Positions 8,960-18,076 of a stretch of 64,000 nt of DNA are shown here, one piece after another. The DNA lies in assembly GCA_038326775.1 (NCBI GenBank), contig JBBQKJ010000001.1, forward strand, positions 71,510 through 135,509, given 5' to 3'. The DNA comes from Candidatus Geothermincolia bacterium. GTDB lineage: Bacteria > Actinomycetota > Geothermincolia > Fen-727 > Anoxymicrobiaceae. Numbering within the stretch: the stretch's first letter is position 1; every line of letters starts with the position of its first letter. A model generated the notes under the pieces. It did no database searches and was not told the DNA's origin. It saw only the letters and a list, made by a program, of their open reading frames with translations. Both the position numbers and the translations under genes were made by a program.

Positions 8960-9892
8960 ATGATTATCGACGGTCACTGCCACTTGGTTGACGAGGGATG
9001 GCACGACATGAGTTTTTTCATCGGCATGGCCAGGGTGGCCACGGCGCCGATGGGAAAGCTGACCGGGGTCTATCCCGACCCGGCCGAGTTGATCAAGAAC
9101 CTGATGCCGGTGCTCGCCGACCCGACCGGCGAGAAGCTGATCGGCAGCATGGACACCGCGGGTGTGGATAAAACGTGTGTCTTCACGCATGACACCGGCA
9201 TGCAGGCGGGAGAGCCGGATGTGCCGATCGAGGAGCAGAACCTGCTGGTAGGCAAGGCCGCGGCCCGGTTCCCGGATCGCCTGGTATCGTTCTTCAGCAT
9301 CGACCCCCGCCGCGAGGGGGCTCTAGACCTGTTCAAGAGGGGCGTCGAGGACTGGGGGATGAAAGGGCTCAAGCTGCACCCCACTTCCGGGTTCTTCCCT
9401 CACGACGAGGCTTGCTACCCGTTCTACGAGAAGTGCATGGAATACGGCATACCGGTGCTGTTTCACACCGGAAACCAGCCCCTGCCGATGAAGGCTCGCT
9501 TTAGCCAGCCAATCCACGTCGACGACGTGGCGGCCGACTTTCCCGACCTGCCTATCATCATGGCGCACATCGGCCACCTTCTCTGGCACGAGGCCCTGTT
9601 TGTCGCGATCAGGAAGCCCAACGTCTACTTCGACTTCTCCGATTGGCAGGCGACGTTCAACGAACGCCCTGAAGAGTTCTACCGGATGCTGCGCCGGGTG
9701 ATCGACGACCTGGGGCCGTGGAGGGTGTTCTTCGGAACCGACGGCCCGTATCTAACCGTCCTATGTCCGTTGGACAGGTGGGTCAACGCGATCAGGGAGC
9801 CCGACCTGTCCAGCTGCCCTGAGGTAAGCTTCACCGACGAGGAAAAGCGCATCATCATGGGAGACGCTTTCGCGAGGCTTCTGGGAATATGA
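8960..9892 (+). CDS. Metal-dependent amidohydrolase (amidohydrolase-2 / TIM-barrel family), 310 aa.
   Basis: N-terminal IIDGHCHL motif and overall pattern of amidohydrolase-2 proteins. GGGAGGTGG RBS. Confidence 0.7.
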   Translation: MIIDGHCHLVDEGWHDMSFFIGMARVATAPMGKLTGVYPDPAELIKNLMPVLADPTGEKLIGSMDTAGVDKTCVFTHDTGMQAGEPDVPIEEQNLLVGKAAARFPDRLVSFFSIDPRREGALDLFKRGVEDWGMKGLKLHPTSGFFPHDEACYPFYEKCMEYGIPVLFHTGNQPLPMKARFSQPIHVDDVAADFPDLPIIMAHIGHLLWHEALFVAIRKPNVYFDFSDWQATFNERPEEFYRMLRRVIDDLGPWRVFFGTDGPYLTVLCPLDRWVNAIREPDLSSCPEVSFTDEEKRIIMGDAFARLLGI

Positions 9893-9905
9893 TCGTAAGA
9901 CGGGT

Positions 9906-10979
9906 GTGAAAGAGGAACCGCAAGAGCCCGGCAAATCGGCAAGGCGGAGAAGATCCATAAGGGTCCCTCCACGCGCCCGGCTGGTGCTGGTCCTGATGGC
10001 ATTCATCCTCATCGTGCTCTTGCTCATCGCGGCAGTGCTCGAGCTCGCAAACGTCGGGAAGGTTTTCAAGGGAGTGACGATAGCCGGCGAACCGGTCGGT
10101 GGCATGACTAAGTCGCAGGCTGTCAAGGTCGCCGAGGCAAAGGTCAAGCCGCTTGACGAGGACCTCGTTCTCTACCAAGCCGACAAGGAGTTCAAGCTCG
10201 ACCCCGAGTCGTACTCCTTGCGCCCCCAGCCGCAGGCGATGGCGTACGCCGCGTGGTTGAAGGGCAGGCAGGGTTTTCTGCCGGTCCGGTTGTTCAAGCG
10301 GTTGTTCGGCATCCCGGTGAAAGCTGATATCCCTTTGCTCTTCTCGTATAACGACACAAGGCTGAAGACATGCATCATGAGGGTTGCCCGGGCAGTCAAT
10401 TGCGAGCCCACCAGCGTGCGGATAAGCCTGGCGTCCGGCAGCCTTGAGATAGTGGCGTCGCGCAACGGGGTGAGGGTCAAGGTCGACGAGACCGCTCGTG
10501 ATGTCGTGGGGGCGATTCCCGGCGCGGACCGGCGGGTCCCGATCGTCGTGGAGTACGTCCACCCGGAGCTCACCGAGAAGGACATCGGTAGGATAGTCGT
10601 CATAAGCCTGAGCAAGTTTCGCCTGTACCTGTATGACAGAGAGAAGTACATCGATGACTACCTGATAGCGGTCGGGATGCCGGCTTACCCCACCCCAACC
10701 GGTAAGTTTCACGTCACTTACAAAGAGAAAAACCCGACCTGGCTTCCCACCTCCGAGTGGGCGAAGGACAAGCAAGGGATACCGCAGCCGCCCGGCAAGG
10801 ACAACCCTCTGGGGGACTACTGGTTAGACCTGGGCGGCGGCATAGGTATCCACGGCACGCCGTTCGTCAAGTCGCTCGGCGAGCAGGCGTCCCACGGCTG
10901 CATAAGGATGGCCAACGAGAACGCCAAGGTGCTCTACGAGACTGTCAACGTCGGGGCGCCGGTCTTCATAATCCCTTAG
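9906..10979 (+). CDS. L,D-transpeptidase (YkuD domain) with N-terminal signal-anchor, 357 aa.
   Basis: Catalytic motif SHGCIRM and flanking YkuD pattern (G.P..PTP.G.F.V......P.W...). GTG start is weakly supported; an internal Met at 9996 is the alternative. Confidence 0.8.
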   Translation: MKEEPQEPGKSARRRRSIRVPPRARLVLVLMAFILIVLLLIAAVLELANVGKVFKGVTIAGEPVGGMTKSQAVKVAEAKVKPLDEDLVLYQADKEFKLDPESYSLRPQPQAMAYAAWLKGRQGFLPVRLFKRLFGIPVKADIPLLFSYNDTRLKTCIMRVARAVNCEPTSVRISLASGSLEIVASRNGVRVKVDETARDVVGAIPGADRRVPIVVEYVHPELTEKDIGRIVVISLSKFRLYLYDREKYIDDYLIAVGMPAYPTPTGKFHVTYKEKNPTWLPTSEWAKDKQGIPQPPGKDNPLGDYWLDLGGGIGIHGTPFVKSLGEQASHGCIRMANENAKVLYETVNVGAPVFIIP

Positions 10980-11138
10980 TGCTCCCTTCCATAAATACGG
11001 TTACGTACCGAAGAGCGTCCGTGCGCCGCGCCCGACAAGGCTCGCGACCGAGTCGTACTCGGAAGTACGGCGAAGGAGCGGAACGCCCTCGGAGTGGATG
11101 CAGGGGCTCGAACGCCACCGTATTTATAGAAGGGAGCA
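10980..11138. mobile_element. MITE-like element, 159 bp, with 21-bp terminal inverted repeats (TGCTCCCTTCCATAAATACGG / CCGTATTTATAGAAGGGAGCA, 1 mismatch) and flanking 5-bp direct repeat CTTAG. Inserted exactly at the stop codon of the L,D-transpeptidase gene.
   Basis: TIRs and the TSD (10975-10979 and 11139-11143) read directly from the sequence. No coding capacity inside. Confidence 0.5.
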
Positions 11139-11442
11139 CTTAGCATCACCCCGGGAGCCGGATACCCGGCTTCAAGAGTCGTGAACAGACGGGGCTGCCA
11201 GCGTTTATTCCCCGTCATCCGGCCGCGCTGTTTTCACCCTGTGCCCTTTGAGTCCCAGCGTCAGGCGTAGTAGAGTTGAGATGCGCATTTCTCCCTCCTG
11301 TATTCTGGTCACGTTTACAGCAACCGGAAGATAGAGGGAGAATGACGTTATGACAAGGTTTGCGGGGGTTCAGCTACCCACAGATTCTTGTGAGGACCCA
11401 TATAATAACCGTGTCGTCGTACCGGTCGAGAGGAGAGCGCGC

Positions 11443-11826
11443 ATGCCGAAGATGAGCCACGACCCGGAGGTCAAGGAAGTCCTCGACTCGATGCTGCTCG
11501 ACAACGTGGAGGTCGAGCCTGGAAAGGCGTTCGGGCTTCCGGCGTATTACATAAACGGCAAGATGTTCGCGGCCGTATACGAGGACGGGGCGACCATCAA
11601 GGTCCCGGAGGAGATGGTCGCCGAACTCCTGGAACGTGACGGCATATACGAGTTTCGCCCGATGGAAAAACACGTCATGAAGAACTGGGTGCTAATAAGG
11701 AGAGAGAGCCCCGAGGATTACCGGGAGGACAGTGGGCTCTTCCAGTTGGCGTTCGAACATGTTTACGTGCTCTCCATGCAGAAAAAGCCTGTAAAGAAAA
11801 AGAAGAAGCCGGCGACGGGCGGATAG
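11443..11826 (+). CDS. TfoX N-terminal-domain-like small protein, 127 aa. The annotated longer ORF from 11350 is probably an over-extension.
   Basis: Pattern KAFGLPAYYINGKMFAAVYEDG...KVPEE typical of the TfoX_N fold. Lys-rich C-terminal tail. Confidence 0.45.
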   Translation: MPKMSHDPEVKEVLDSMLLDNVEVEPGKAFGLPAYYINGKMFAAVYEDGATIKVPEEMVAELLERDGIYEFRPMEKHVMKNWVLIRRESPEDYREDSGLFQLAFEHVYVLSMQKKPVKKKKKPATGG

Positions 11827-11868
11827 CGGCGAGGTCCCTGTCCTGAGAAGAACGGGAGGTGCGAGGAA

Positions 11869-12945
11869 ATGGCCAGTAAGGAAGTGCTTGTCTACGGAGC
11901 GGGGATGTCCGGGCTGGTGGCGGCTTACAACCTGGCGGCGGAGGGGCACTCGGTGCTGGTCCGCGACCAGGAGCCGGGGTACGGTGGTTCCAGCGTGTTC
12001 AACCCCTCCCTGCACACCACGCCTCTCGACGTGCCCGCCACCTCCGAGTATATCGGCATCGACGTCACGCCCGCTTTCCGGCCGGTGAGCGCGCTGACAA
12101 TCTACCTGCACGACCTCCCCGTGGAAGCCCCCGTTTTCATGGCGTACCACGTGGAGCGAAGCTCGCGCCCGGCGAGCCTCGACACCCTTCTCTACGAGAA
12201 GTGCCTCGGCGCCGACGTAAAGTTCGAGTTCGATTCGCCCCTGCGCTCCGACGACATACCGGGCCTTCCCCCGGGCACCATCATCGCCTGCGGGCTCAAC
12301 CAGCCAGCCTACGACTACCTGGGCATCCCGTACACCGACTGGTACGCGTGGATGGCCTCGGGCGAGATGGAGTCCGACGACTACGCCTGGATGTGGCTCG
12401 ACGAGTGCATCAACGAGTACGGCTATATCTCGTTCGCCAACGGCATCTACTACAACCTCCTTTTCGCCTACGGCCAGGAGGTGCCCCCGGAAGCCCTCGA
12501 GCGGTACCGGGGGTTCATGCGGCGGGTGCGCGACATGGACAACGAGGGCTGGGAGTACGTGCACGGGGTGGCGCCGGTCACCTCGCCAGATAACCCTCAG
12601 CTCTTCCGCGACGGGCTTATAATGTGCGGGACCATCTCCGGGGCCCTTGACCCGTTCATGGGCTTCGGTATCTCGGGGGCGCTGGTGTCCGGAAAGGTCG
12701 CCGCCATCGCGGTGACAGACAGGGAGAAAGCCGCCGAGGAGTTCGAGCGCTTCACCCGTAACTATGCGAAGGTGTTCCGGTTCAAGCACGATTTCTGGTA
12801 CGACCTGCGGGCGCGGGTGGACCTCCTGGAGGGCCTCGCCGGGGTCATCGGCCCTGAGCGCTCTGTGAGGATGCTTATCGAGGGCATCAAGCAGGGCAGG
12901 AAGAGCTCGGCTATTCCGGGCTTCGGCCCACTGGCCTGTCACTAG
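11869..12945 (+). CDS. FAD/NAD(P)-binding oxidoreductase, 358 aa, paralog of 300..1364.
   Basis: YGAGMSG Rossmann motif. Collinear similarity to the first copy. GGGAGGTG RBS. Confidence 0.7.
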   Translation: MASKEVLVYGAGMSGLVAAYNLAAEGHSVLVRDQEPGYGGSSVFNPSLHTTPLDVPATSEYIGIDVTPAFRPVSALTIYLHDLPVEAPVFMAYHVERSSRPASLDTLLYEKCLGADVKFEFDSPLRSDDIPGLPPGTIIACGLNQPAYDYLGIPYTDWYAWMASGEMESDDYAWMWLDECINEYGYISFANGIYYNLLFAYGQEVPPEALERYRGFMRRVRDMDNEGWEYVHGVAPVTSPDNPQLFRDGLIMCGTISGALDPFMGFGISGALVSGKVAAIAVTDREKAAEEFERFTRNYAKVFRFKHDFWYDLRARVDLLEGLAGVIGPERSVRMLIEGIKQGRKSSAIPGFGPLACH

Positions 12946-12960
12946 CAAGAAGGAGCGAGC

Positions 12961-14697
12961 ATGTTCGACATCATTCTCGAGAACGCCAGCGTGGTTGACG
13001 GCACCGGCAAACCGGCCTTCAACTCGGACGTCGGCATCAAGGGCGAGCGAATAAAGAAGATGGGCAACCTCGCGGACGCGGAAGCGGCGCGCAGGGTCGA
13101 CGTCTCGGGCAGGACGGTCTGCCCCGGGTTCATCGACGTCCACTCGCACGCCGACCTGGCTTTCTTCCGTGGGGACCACGCGAAGCTGCTGGCGCCCCTG
13201 GTCGCCCAGGGCATCACCACGTTCATGGGTGGCAACTGCGGGATGTCGTTATCGCCCATAACAGAGCACCACAGGGACGGCCAGCAGATGTACCTCGAGG
13301 TGTTCACGCAGATGGACTTCGACAAGGACGTCCGCTGGAGCGACATGGTCAGCTTCATGGAGCACATGGACTCCCAGGACATCGCGCTCAACTGCGGGCT
13401 GCTCGCGCCGCACGGCGTCATGCGCATCTCCGCCTGCGGGATGGAGACCAGGCTCGCCGAGAAGGACGAAGTGGCCGAGATGGCGCGGTCTCTAGAGGAA
13501 TGCATGGAGGCCGGCGCTTTCGGGCTCAGCACGGGGCTCCAGTATTTCCCGGGCAACCAGAGCGACACCGAAGAGCTGGTCGAGCTCGGTAAGACCGTCG
13601 CGAAGTACGACGGAATATTCACGAGCCACCTGCGGTCGTACACGGCGAGCACCCTGGGGAAGGCGATGGAGGAGGTGGCCGAGGTCTCGCGCAGGAACGG
13701 CATCCGGGGGCAGATATCGCACATCTTCTCCCTTCCGTGGTTCGGCCCGGTTCACAAGCCGGTTCTGAAGAGCCTCAAGTGGCTGATCAACCACCCGGAG
13801 GTCTCCCGGTTCATCCCCGACTTCGCGGTCGAGATGGAGATGAAGAACATACTGAAGAGGCTCGACAACCTGAACACCGGCAGCGCGCGGGTGGGCATGG
13901 ACTTCATGCCGACCACCGCCGGTTTCACCCACCTGATGGCGTTCTTCCCGTCCTGGGCGCTCACCGGGGGCCGGGAGGCGGTGCTCGAGCGCGTCGCGGA
14001 CCCGGCAGTGCGCAAGGAGATACTGGCCGACATCGAGAACGGCAAGCCCACCTGGCCCCACCGGGGCAGGAACGACTGGTCCTTGAACATCATGAGGCAG
14101 ATGGGGTGGGACGCGGTGACCATCATGGCGGTGCACAGCGAGAAGAACAAGCACCTCGAGGGCCGGAGGTTTACCGAGATAGGGGAGGAGCGCCGAAAGC
14201 ACCCGTTCGACGTCATGTGCGACCTGCTGCTGGAGGAAGAGGGCAGGGTGCTGGTGTTCGAGTCGATGTCCGAGCCCGACGACATCTTCACCGAGACGTA
14301 TACGTTCCCGGCCATACGGCACCCCGATACGATGGTCGTCACCGATACCATCCTCATGGGAATCGGTAAGCCCTCGTACCTGTTCTACGGCTGTTATCCG
14401 AAGTTCATCAACAGGTACGTCTTTAAGAAAGGTCTGATCGCCCTCCCGGACGCGATAAGACGCTGCACGTCGCTGCCCGCCGAGTGGTTCGGCATCAAGG
14501 ACAGGGGCCAGGTGCGCGAGGGGTACTACGCGGACCTGCTGGTCATGGACGCGCCCAACTTCAAGACTGAGGCGGTGTTCCGCGACCCCGAACGTTACCC
14601 GGAAGGCCTGGAGATGGTGATGATAAACGGCCGGGTCGTCATCGACGACGGGGAGATACTGCCCGGGGCGCTCCCCGGCAAGATGCTACGCAAATAA
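12961..14697 (+). CDS. D-aminoacylase / N-acyl-D-amino-acid deacylase family amidohydrolase, 578 aa.
   Basis: N-terminal ...ENASVVDGTG......DVGI.GERI......-VDVSGR.V.PGFIDVHSH, characteristic of D-aminoacylases. AAGGAG RBS. Confidence 0.75.
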   Translation: MFDIILENASVVDGTGKPAFNSDVGIKGERIKKMGNLADAEAARRVDVSGRTVCPGFIDVHSHADLAFFRGDHAKLLAPLVAQGITTFMGGNCGMSLSPITEHHRDGQQMYLEVFTQMDFDKDVRWSDMVSFMEHMDSQDIALNCGLLAPHGVMRISACGMETRLAEKDEVAEMARSLEECMEAGAFGLSTGLQYFPGNQSDTEELVELGKTVAKYDGIFTSHLRSYTASTLGKAMEEVAEVSRRNGIRGQISHIFSLPWFGPVHKPVLKSLKWLINHPEVSRFIPDFAVEMEMKNILKRLDNLNTGSARVGMDFMPTTAGFTHLMAFFPSWALTGGREAVLERVADPAVRKEILADIENGKPTWPHRGRNDWSLNIMRQMGWDAVTIMAVHSEKNKHLEGRRFTEIGEERRKHPFDVMCDLLLEEEGRVLVFESMSEPDDIFTETYTFPAIRHPDTMVVTDTILMGIGKPSYLFYGCYPKFINRYVFKKGLIALPDAIRRCTSLPAEWFGIKDRGQVREGYYADLLVMDAPNFKTEAVFRDPERYPEGLEMVMINGRVVIDDGEILPGALPGKMLRK

Positions 14698-14727
14698 TAA
14701 TCGGGGTCAGACCCCGATTATTATTTG
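14692..14727. terminator. Bidirectional intrinsic terminator: palindrome AATAATAATCGGGGTCAGACCCCGATTATTATT between convergent genes, overlapping both stop codons.
   Basis: GC-rich stem with A/T-rich arms on both strands. Core GGGGTCAGAC is shared with the palindromic repeat family (19007.., 48246..). Confidence 0.6.
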
Positions 14728-15230
14728 GAGGATTCGGTTTTGGCCTGGTCCTGCTTTATCGGGGCGAAGTACTCGACCTTGTGCGCCGGACGGCGGGAGA
14801 TGACGGTCCATGAAGTGACCGAGGCTCCCAGCGCCACGCAGGCCACGCAGAGGAGCAAGCCCGTCACGATGTTTAACCCACCCAGTATAATGACCAGGGC
14901 CAGGGCACCGGTCGTAACTGACGAGACGGCGGTTGAGACCCTGGCCACCATCTTCGTCTTCCGGTGGGGGTCGGTCTCTTCGTCAAGCCAGATGACCGGG
15001 CCGGGCGCGTCGATCCTGGCGCACTCCTCGCAGACTTCTTCCTGGATTTCGACCGGTATGGGTTGCCCGCAGCGAATGCAAGCTTTCAATTTATCGGGTG
15101 GGAGCAGGAGGCCGTCGCCACCCACCGGTCTCTGGATGGAGCCGCACTTGTCGCAGATGCGTCCGTAAGGGCCCAGGCCGTGCCCGCAGACGATGCACGT
15201 CCTGTCGACGGTTCCGCGTACTCTTGGCAT
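14721..15230 (-). CDS. Zinc-ribbon (three CxxC pairs) membrane protein, 169 aa, with two C-terminal TM helices.
   Basis: Strong GGAGGAG RBS. CxxC...CxxC x3, then hydrophobic segments. Confidence 0.55.
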   Translation of the reverse strand: MPRVRGTVDRTCIVCGHGLGPYGRICDKCGSIQRPVGGDGLLLPPDKLKACIRCGQPIPVEIQEEVCEECARIDAPGPVIWLDEETDPHRKTKMVARVSTAVSSVTTGALALVIILGGLNIVTGLLLCVACVALGASVTSWTVISRRPAHKVEYFAPIKQDQAKTESSK

Positions 15231-15631
15231 TCGCTGCTCCTCCAGCTAAAACATCACCGATACTCTATCGCAAACCATGAAATCGCGCTTGACACAACCC
15301 GGTCATTCTCACCCGGCGGCGCCCCGGGCCCGAGGGCCGGTCGCGTGTTCTCTCACTGATCAATGATACACCAAGTCCGGCCTCCAGCCGCCGCCTTTTC
15401 GGCTGCCGATCCCGGGTCTGAGGGATTCTGCGCAAAGCCCGGGAAGGAGAAGGCAAATGCTTCGGCCTGGTGGTAGCAATGGCCGAGTCGGAACCGCGCG
15501 TGACGGAAGTCGGGGAGATGATGCCTCGCCTTCCGCCCCGGCGGAGAATCCCCCATGTGCTCTCATTTTCATGTCATACCCCCGGTTCATAATTGGCATG
15601 CAGCTTGTATTGCTAACGAGGGAGGGGCGCA

Positions 15632-16090
15632 GTGGTGAGCCACCATACCAAGGACAAGGGAGACCGGGGTGTCTACGAGGTGATAGCCGATCTCGGCCGC
15701 AACGGGATACATGCCTGCATGCCCATATCGGAGCACCTGCCGTTCGATCTCGTAGCCGTCTCGAGTACGGCACAACTGAGGCGAGTTCAGGTCAAATACA
15801 GGTCACTCTGTGACAACGGCGCATTGGTCATACCTTTCAAGAGCGCATACTCGGATTCCAACGGTTACCACGAGCGTCCTGTTGACAGGACGCAATTCGA
15901 CTGCTACGCGGTGTACTGCCCTGACAGTCGTAAGGTATACTACATTCGGAACGATGAGATATCGATAGCGTATTCGAAGTGCCTCACCTTGAGAGTGCTT
16001 CCACCCAGAAACAACCAACGTGCCAACATATGTTTCGCGGCAGATTTCGAAGGAGCCGCCCGCATTTTCGAGGAGCAAGCGCCCCCGTAG
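15632..16090 (+). CDS. PD-(D/E)XK nuclease-fold (Hjc/endonuclease-like) hypothetical protein, 152 aa. Its 3' end overlaps the first 10 nt of tRNA-Arg.
   Basis: GAGGGAGGGG RBS. Pattern G.YEV...L...G......P.....FDLVAV......RVQVK matches the E...D...(E/Q)xK nuclease core. Confidence 0.4.
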   Translation: MVSHHTKDKGDRGVYEVIADLGRNGIHACMPISEHLPFDLVAVSSTAQLRRVQVKYRSLCDNGALVIPFKSAYSDSNGYHERPVDRTQFDCYAVYCPDSRKVYYIRNDEISIAYSKCLTLRVLPPRNNQRANICFAADFEGAARIFEEQAPP

Positions 16091-16157
16091 CTCAATTGGA
16101 TAGAGCAGTTGGTTTCTACCCAACAGGTTGAGGGTTCGAGTCCTTCCGGGGGCGCCA
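16081..16157 (+). tRNA. tRNA-Arg (anticodon TCT).
   Basis: Manual cloverleaf: acceptor GCCCCCG/CGGGGGC, D-arm GCTC-AATTGGAT-AGAGC, anticodon stem GTTGG/CCAAC with loop TTTCTAC, T-arm with GGTTCGAGTCC, 3' GCCA. Confidence 0.85.
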
Positions 16158-16182
16158 AACCCATTCAGGAGGCATCCGTAGA

Positions 16183-17232
16183 ATGGAGCGGAAACAAACG
16201 CCGGAGCGGATGGTCGAGAACGGCCGGGTCGCGGAATACGGCGCCTTCCGCTCGCCTTTTGCTCACATAGACCTCTACGATGCGCGGATATCCACCGCGG
16301 GCATGAGGATGCCGCGCTTCTATTCCCGTTTCAGGCTCAAGGAGTGGCAGCATATCGGGATAGTCGGCAGCGACTTCTACTTCGGCTTCGCGATAGTCAA
16401 CGCCAAATACCTGGGCAACACCTTCTGCTACTTCCTCGACCGCGCCGACGGCGTCACCGTCGAGCACGACCGGGTGGCCCCTCCCGGGGTAGCGAGGGTG
16501 GCCCGTGAGCTCTGGCGCGGCGAGTGCGGCTTTCGCTTCAGGGGATACGAGATAAAGATAGAGAACAGGCTCTCCGACGGCTACCACCGGGCGGTCGTGG
16601 ACATCGGCGAGTCGAAAGGCAAGCCGCCCATACACGCTGAGGTCGAGGTTGTCGAGGACCTCGGTGAAGTCGAGCCCCTCGAGCTCATCTGCCCGCTCAA
16701 AGGAGAGCGGCCCGCCTATACCCACAAGGTTGCCTGCCCCGCCAGGGGGGAGATAACCGTGGGAGACAAGACCCGCGCCTTCGACACCGACACCGGCATC
16801 GCGCTCGTCGACGTGCAGAAGACGTTCTTCCCTTACAACTCCTTCTGGAACTGGGCGACCTGCGCCGGGCATGACGAGCAGGGGCGTGCAATCGCCATAA
16901 ACCTGAGCAAGGGCATCAACCTTCGCTGGGAGGAGTACAACGACTGCTGCCTCTGGGTTGACGGCAAGATATCGTTCTTGAACCCGGCGACGTTCACCTT
17001 CGACGAGAAAGCGGTGCTCGAGCCGTGGCACATAGAGACCGAAGGCGGCCTTTGCGCGCTCGACTTCAAACCGGAGGGTGAGAGGTGGGGCAGGATAAAC
17101 GCTCTTCTGGTGAAGTCCGACTTCCACCAGCCGTACGGCACTTTCCGGGGCTCCGCCCTCGACTCGGAGGGGGTCGCCCACGAGATAAGCGACTACTTCG
17201 GTGTGGTCGAGCACCACCTTGCCAGGTTCTAG
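16183..17232 (+). CDS. Conserved hypothetical protein, DUF2804-like, 349 aa.
   Basis: AGGAGG RBS. Length and several conserved blocks recalled for DUF2804. No catalytic motif recognised. Confidence 0.5.
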   Translation: MERKQTPERMVENGRVAEYGAFRSPFAHIDLYDARISTAGMRMPRFYSRFRLKEWQHIGIVGSDFYFGFAIVNAKYLGNTFCYFLDRADGVTVEHDRVAPPGVARVARELWRGECGFRFRGYEIKIENRLSDGYHRAVVDIGESKGKPPIHAEVEVVEDLGEVEPLELICPLKGERPAYTHKVACPARGEITVGDKTRAFDTDTGIALVDVQKTFFPYNSFWNWATCAGHDEQGRAIAINLSKGINLRWEEYNDCCLWVDGKISFLNPATFTFDEKAVLEPWHIETEGGLCALDFKPEGERWGRINALLVKSDFHQPYGTFRGSALDSEGVAHEISDYFGVVEHHLARF

Positions 17233-17257
17233 GCGGTGCGACCCGGTACGGCCCTGC

Positions 17258-18028
17258 TCATTTTGACAGCGCCGACAGGATGAACGACAGAAGGAAACCA
17301 GCCGTAGCGGCCAACGGGGTGGCAAAGGGCGTTATCCGCCCCTCGTAGTCGAACGCCTCGGGTATCATCGTGGAGGAGACCATCGCCAGTATAGCTCCGC
17401 CGGCGAGCGCCGTGACGAAGGCGTTGGCGTCCACGCCCATGTGCCCCAGCACGAGGTAACCGAACAGCGAGCTGAGCGAGCTCATGATCGCAATGGAAGC
17501 CCACATGGCGATGGTGGAAGCTTTCTTCCATCCCGCGCCCGCCATGCTGATAGACCCGGATACTCCTTCGGGCAGGTTGCTGATGAACACCGCGGCCAGC
17601 ATCACCCCGCTCACGCCGTTGCCGCCGAGCAAGGTGATGCCTATAGCGGCGGATTCCGGGATGCCGTCCAGAAGGGCTCCGATGAAGATGGCGAGCCCCG
17701 AGCCATCCTTGCGCTCGGGCTTGTAGGCCTCGTACCTCTTGTGAAGCGTCAACCTTCTGAGGTGGCCCCCCTGGCTGTTAACCGCCAGGTCACCGATTAT
17801 AAAGAGCGCCGCCCCGACAATGAAACCGCTCACGGAGGAGTCGAAACCGCCTTTGATGTAAGCTTTCTCCACCAGCTCGAAGGAAAGGGTGGCTATCAGC
17901 ACCCCGGCGCCGAACGCGGTGACCACAGCAATGGTCCTTCTCTTTACCTTGACGTAGAGGCCTATGAGAGCCCCCAGCACCAGGGTGCTCCCGCCCAGCA
18001 GTCCGAAAAGCGCCGCCCTCAGTGCCAT
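17258..18028 (-). CDS. ZIP-family (ZupT-like) divalent metal transporter, 256 aa. The 619-aa ORF in the track is an upstream over-extension.
   Basis: MALRAALFGLLGG... with multiple TM helices and ZIP-like GIPE..A and HMGVD-type segments. GGGGAG RBS directly upstream of the ATG at 18028. Confidence 0.75.
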   Translation of the reverse strand: MALRAALFGLLGGSTLVLGALIGLYVKVKRRTIAVVTAFGAGVLIATLSFELVEKAYIKGGFDSSVSGFIVGAALFIIGDLAVNSQGGHLRRLTLHKRYEAYKPERKDGSGLAIFIGALLDGIPESAAIGITLLGGNGVSGVMLAAVFISNLPEGVSGSISMAGAGWKKASTIAMWASIAIMSSLSSLFGYLVLGHMGVDANAFVTALAGGAILAMVSSTMIPEAFDYEGRITPFATPLAATAGFLLSFILSALSK

Positions 18029-18076
18029 TTCTCCCCTTGTTGACTGTACTAGACCGGCTGCTGATATACTAAGCGC

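Noticed and set aside
10980-11138. Structured sRNA (6S-like) interpretation of the 159-bp hairpin-flanked segment.
   Set aside because: The 21-bp ends are a perfect inverted repeat bounded by a 5-bp direct duplication (CTTAG), which is better explained by a MITE insertion. The ncRNA alternative is kept as a caveat in the finding.
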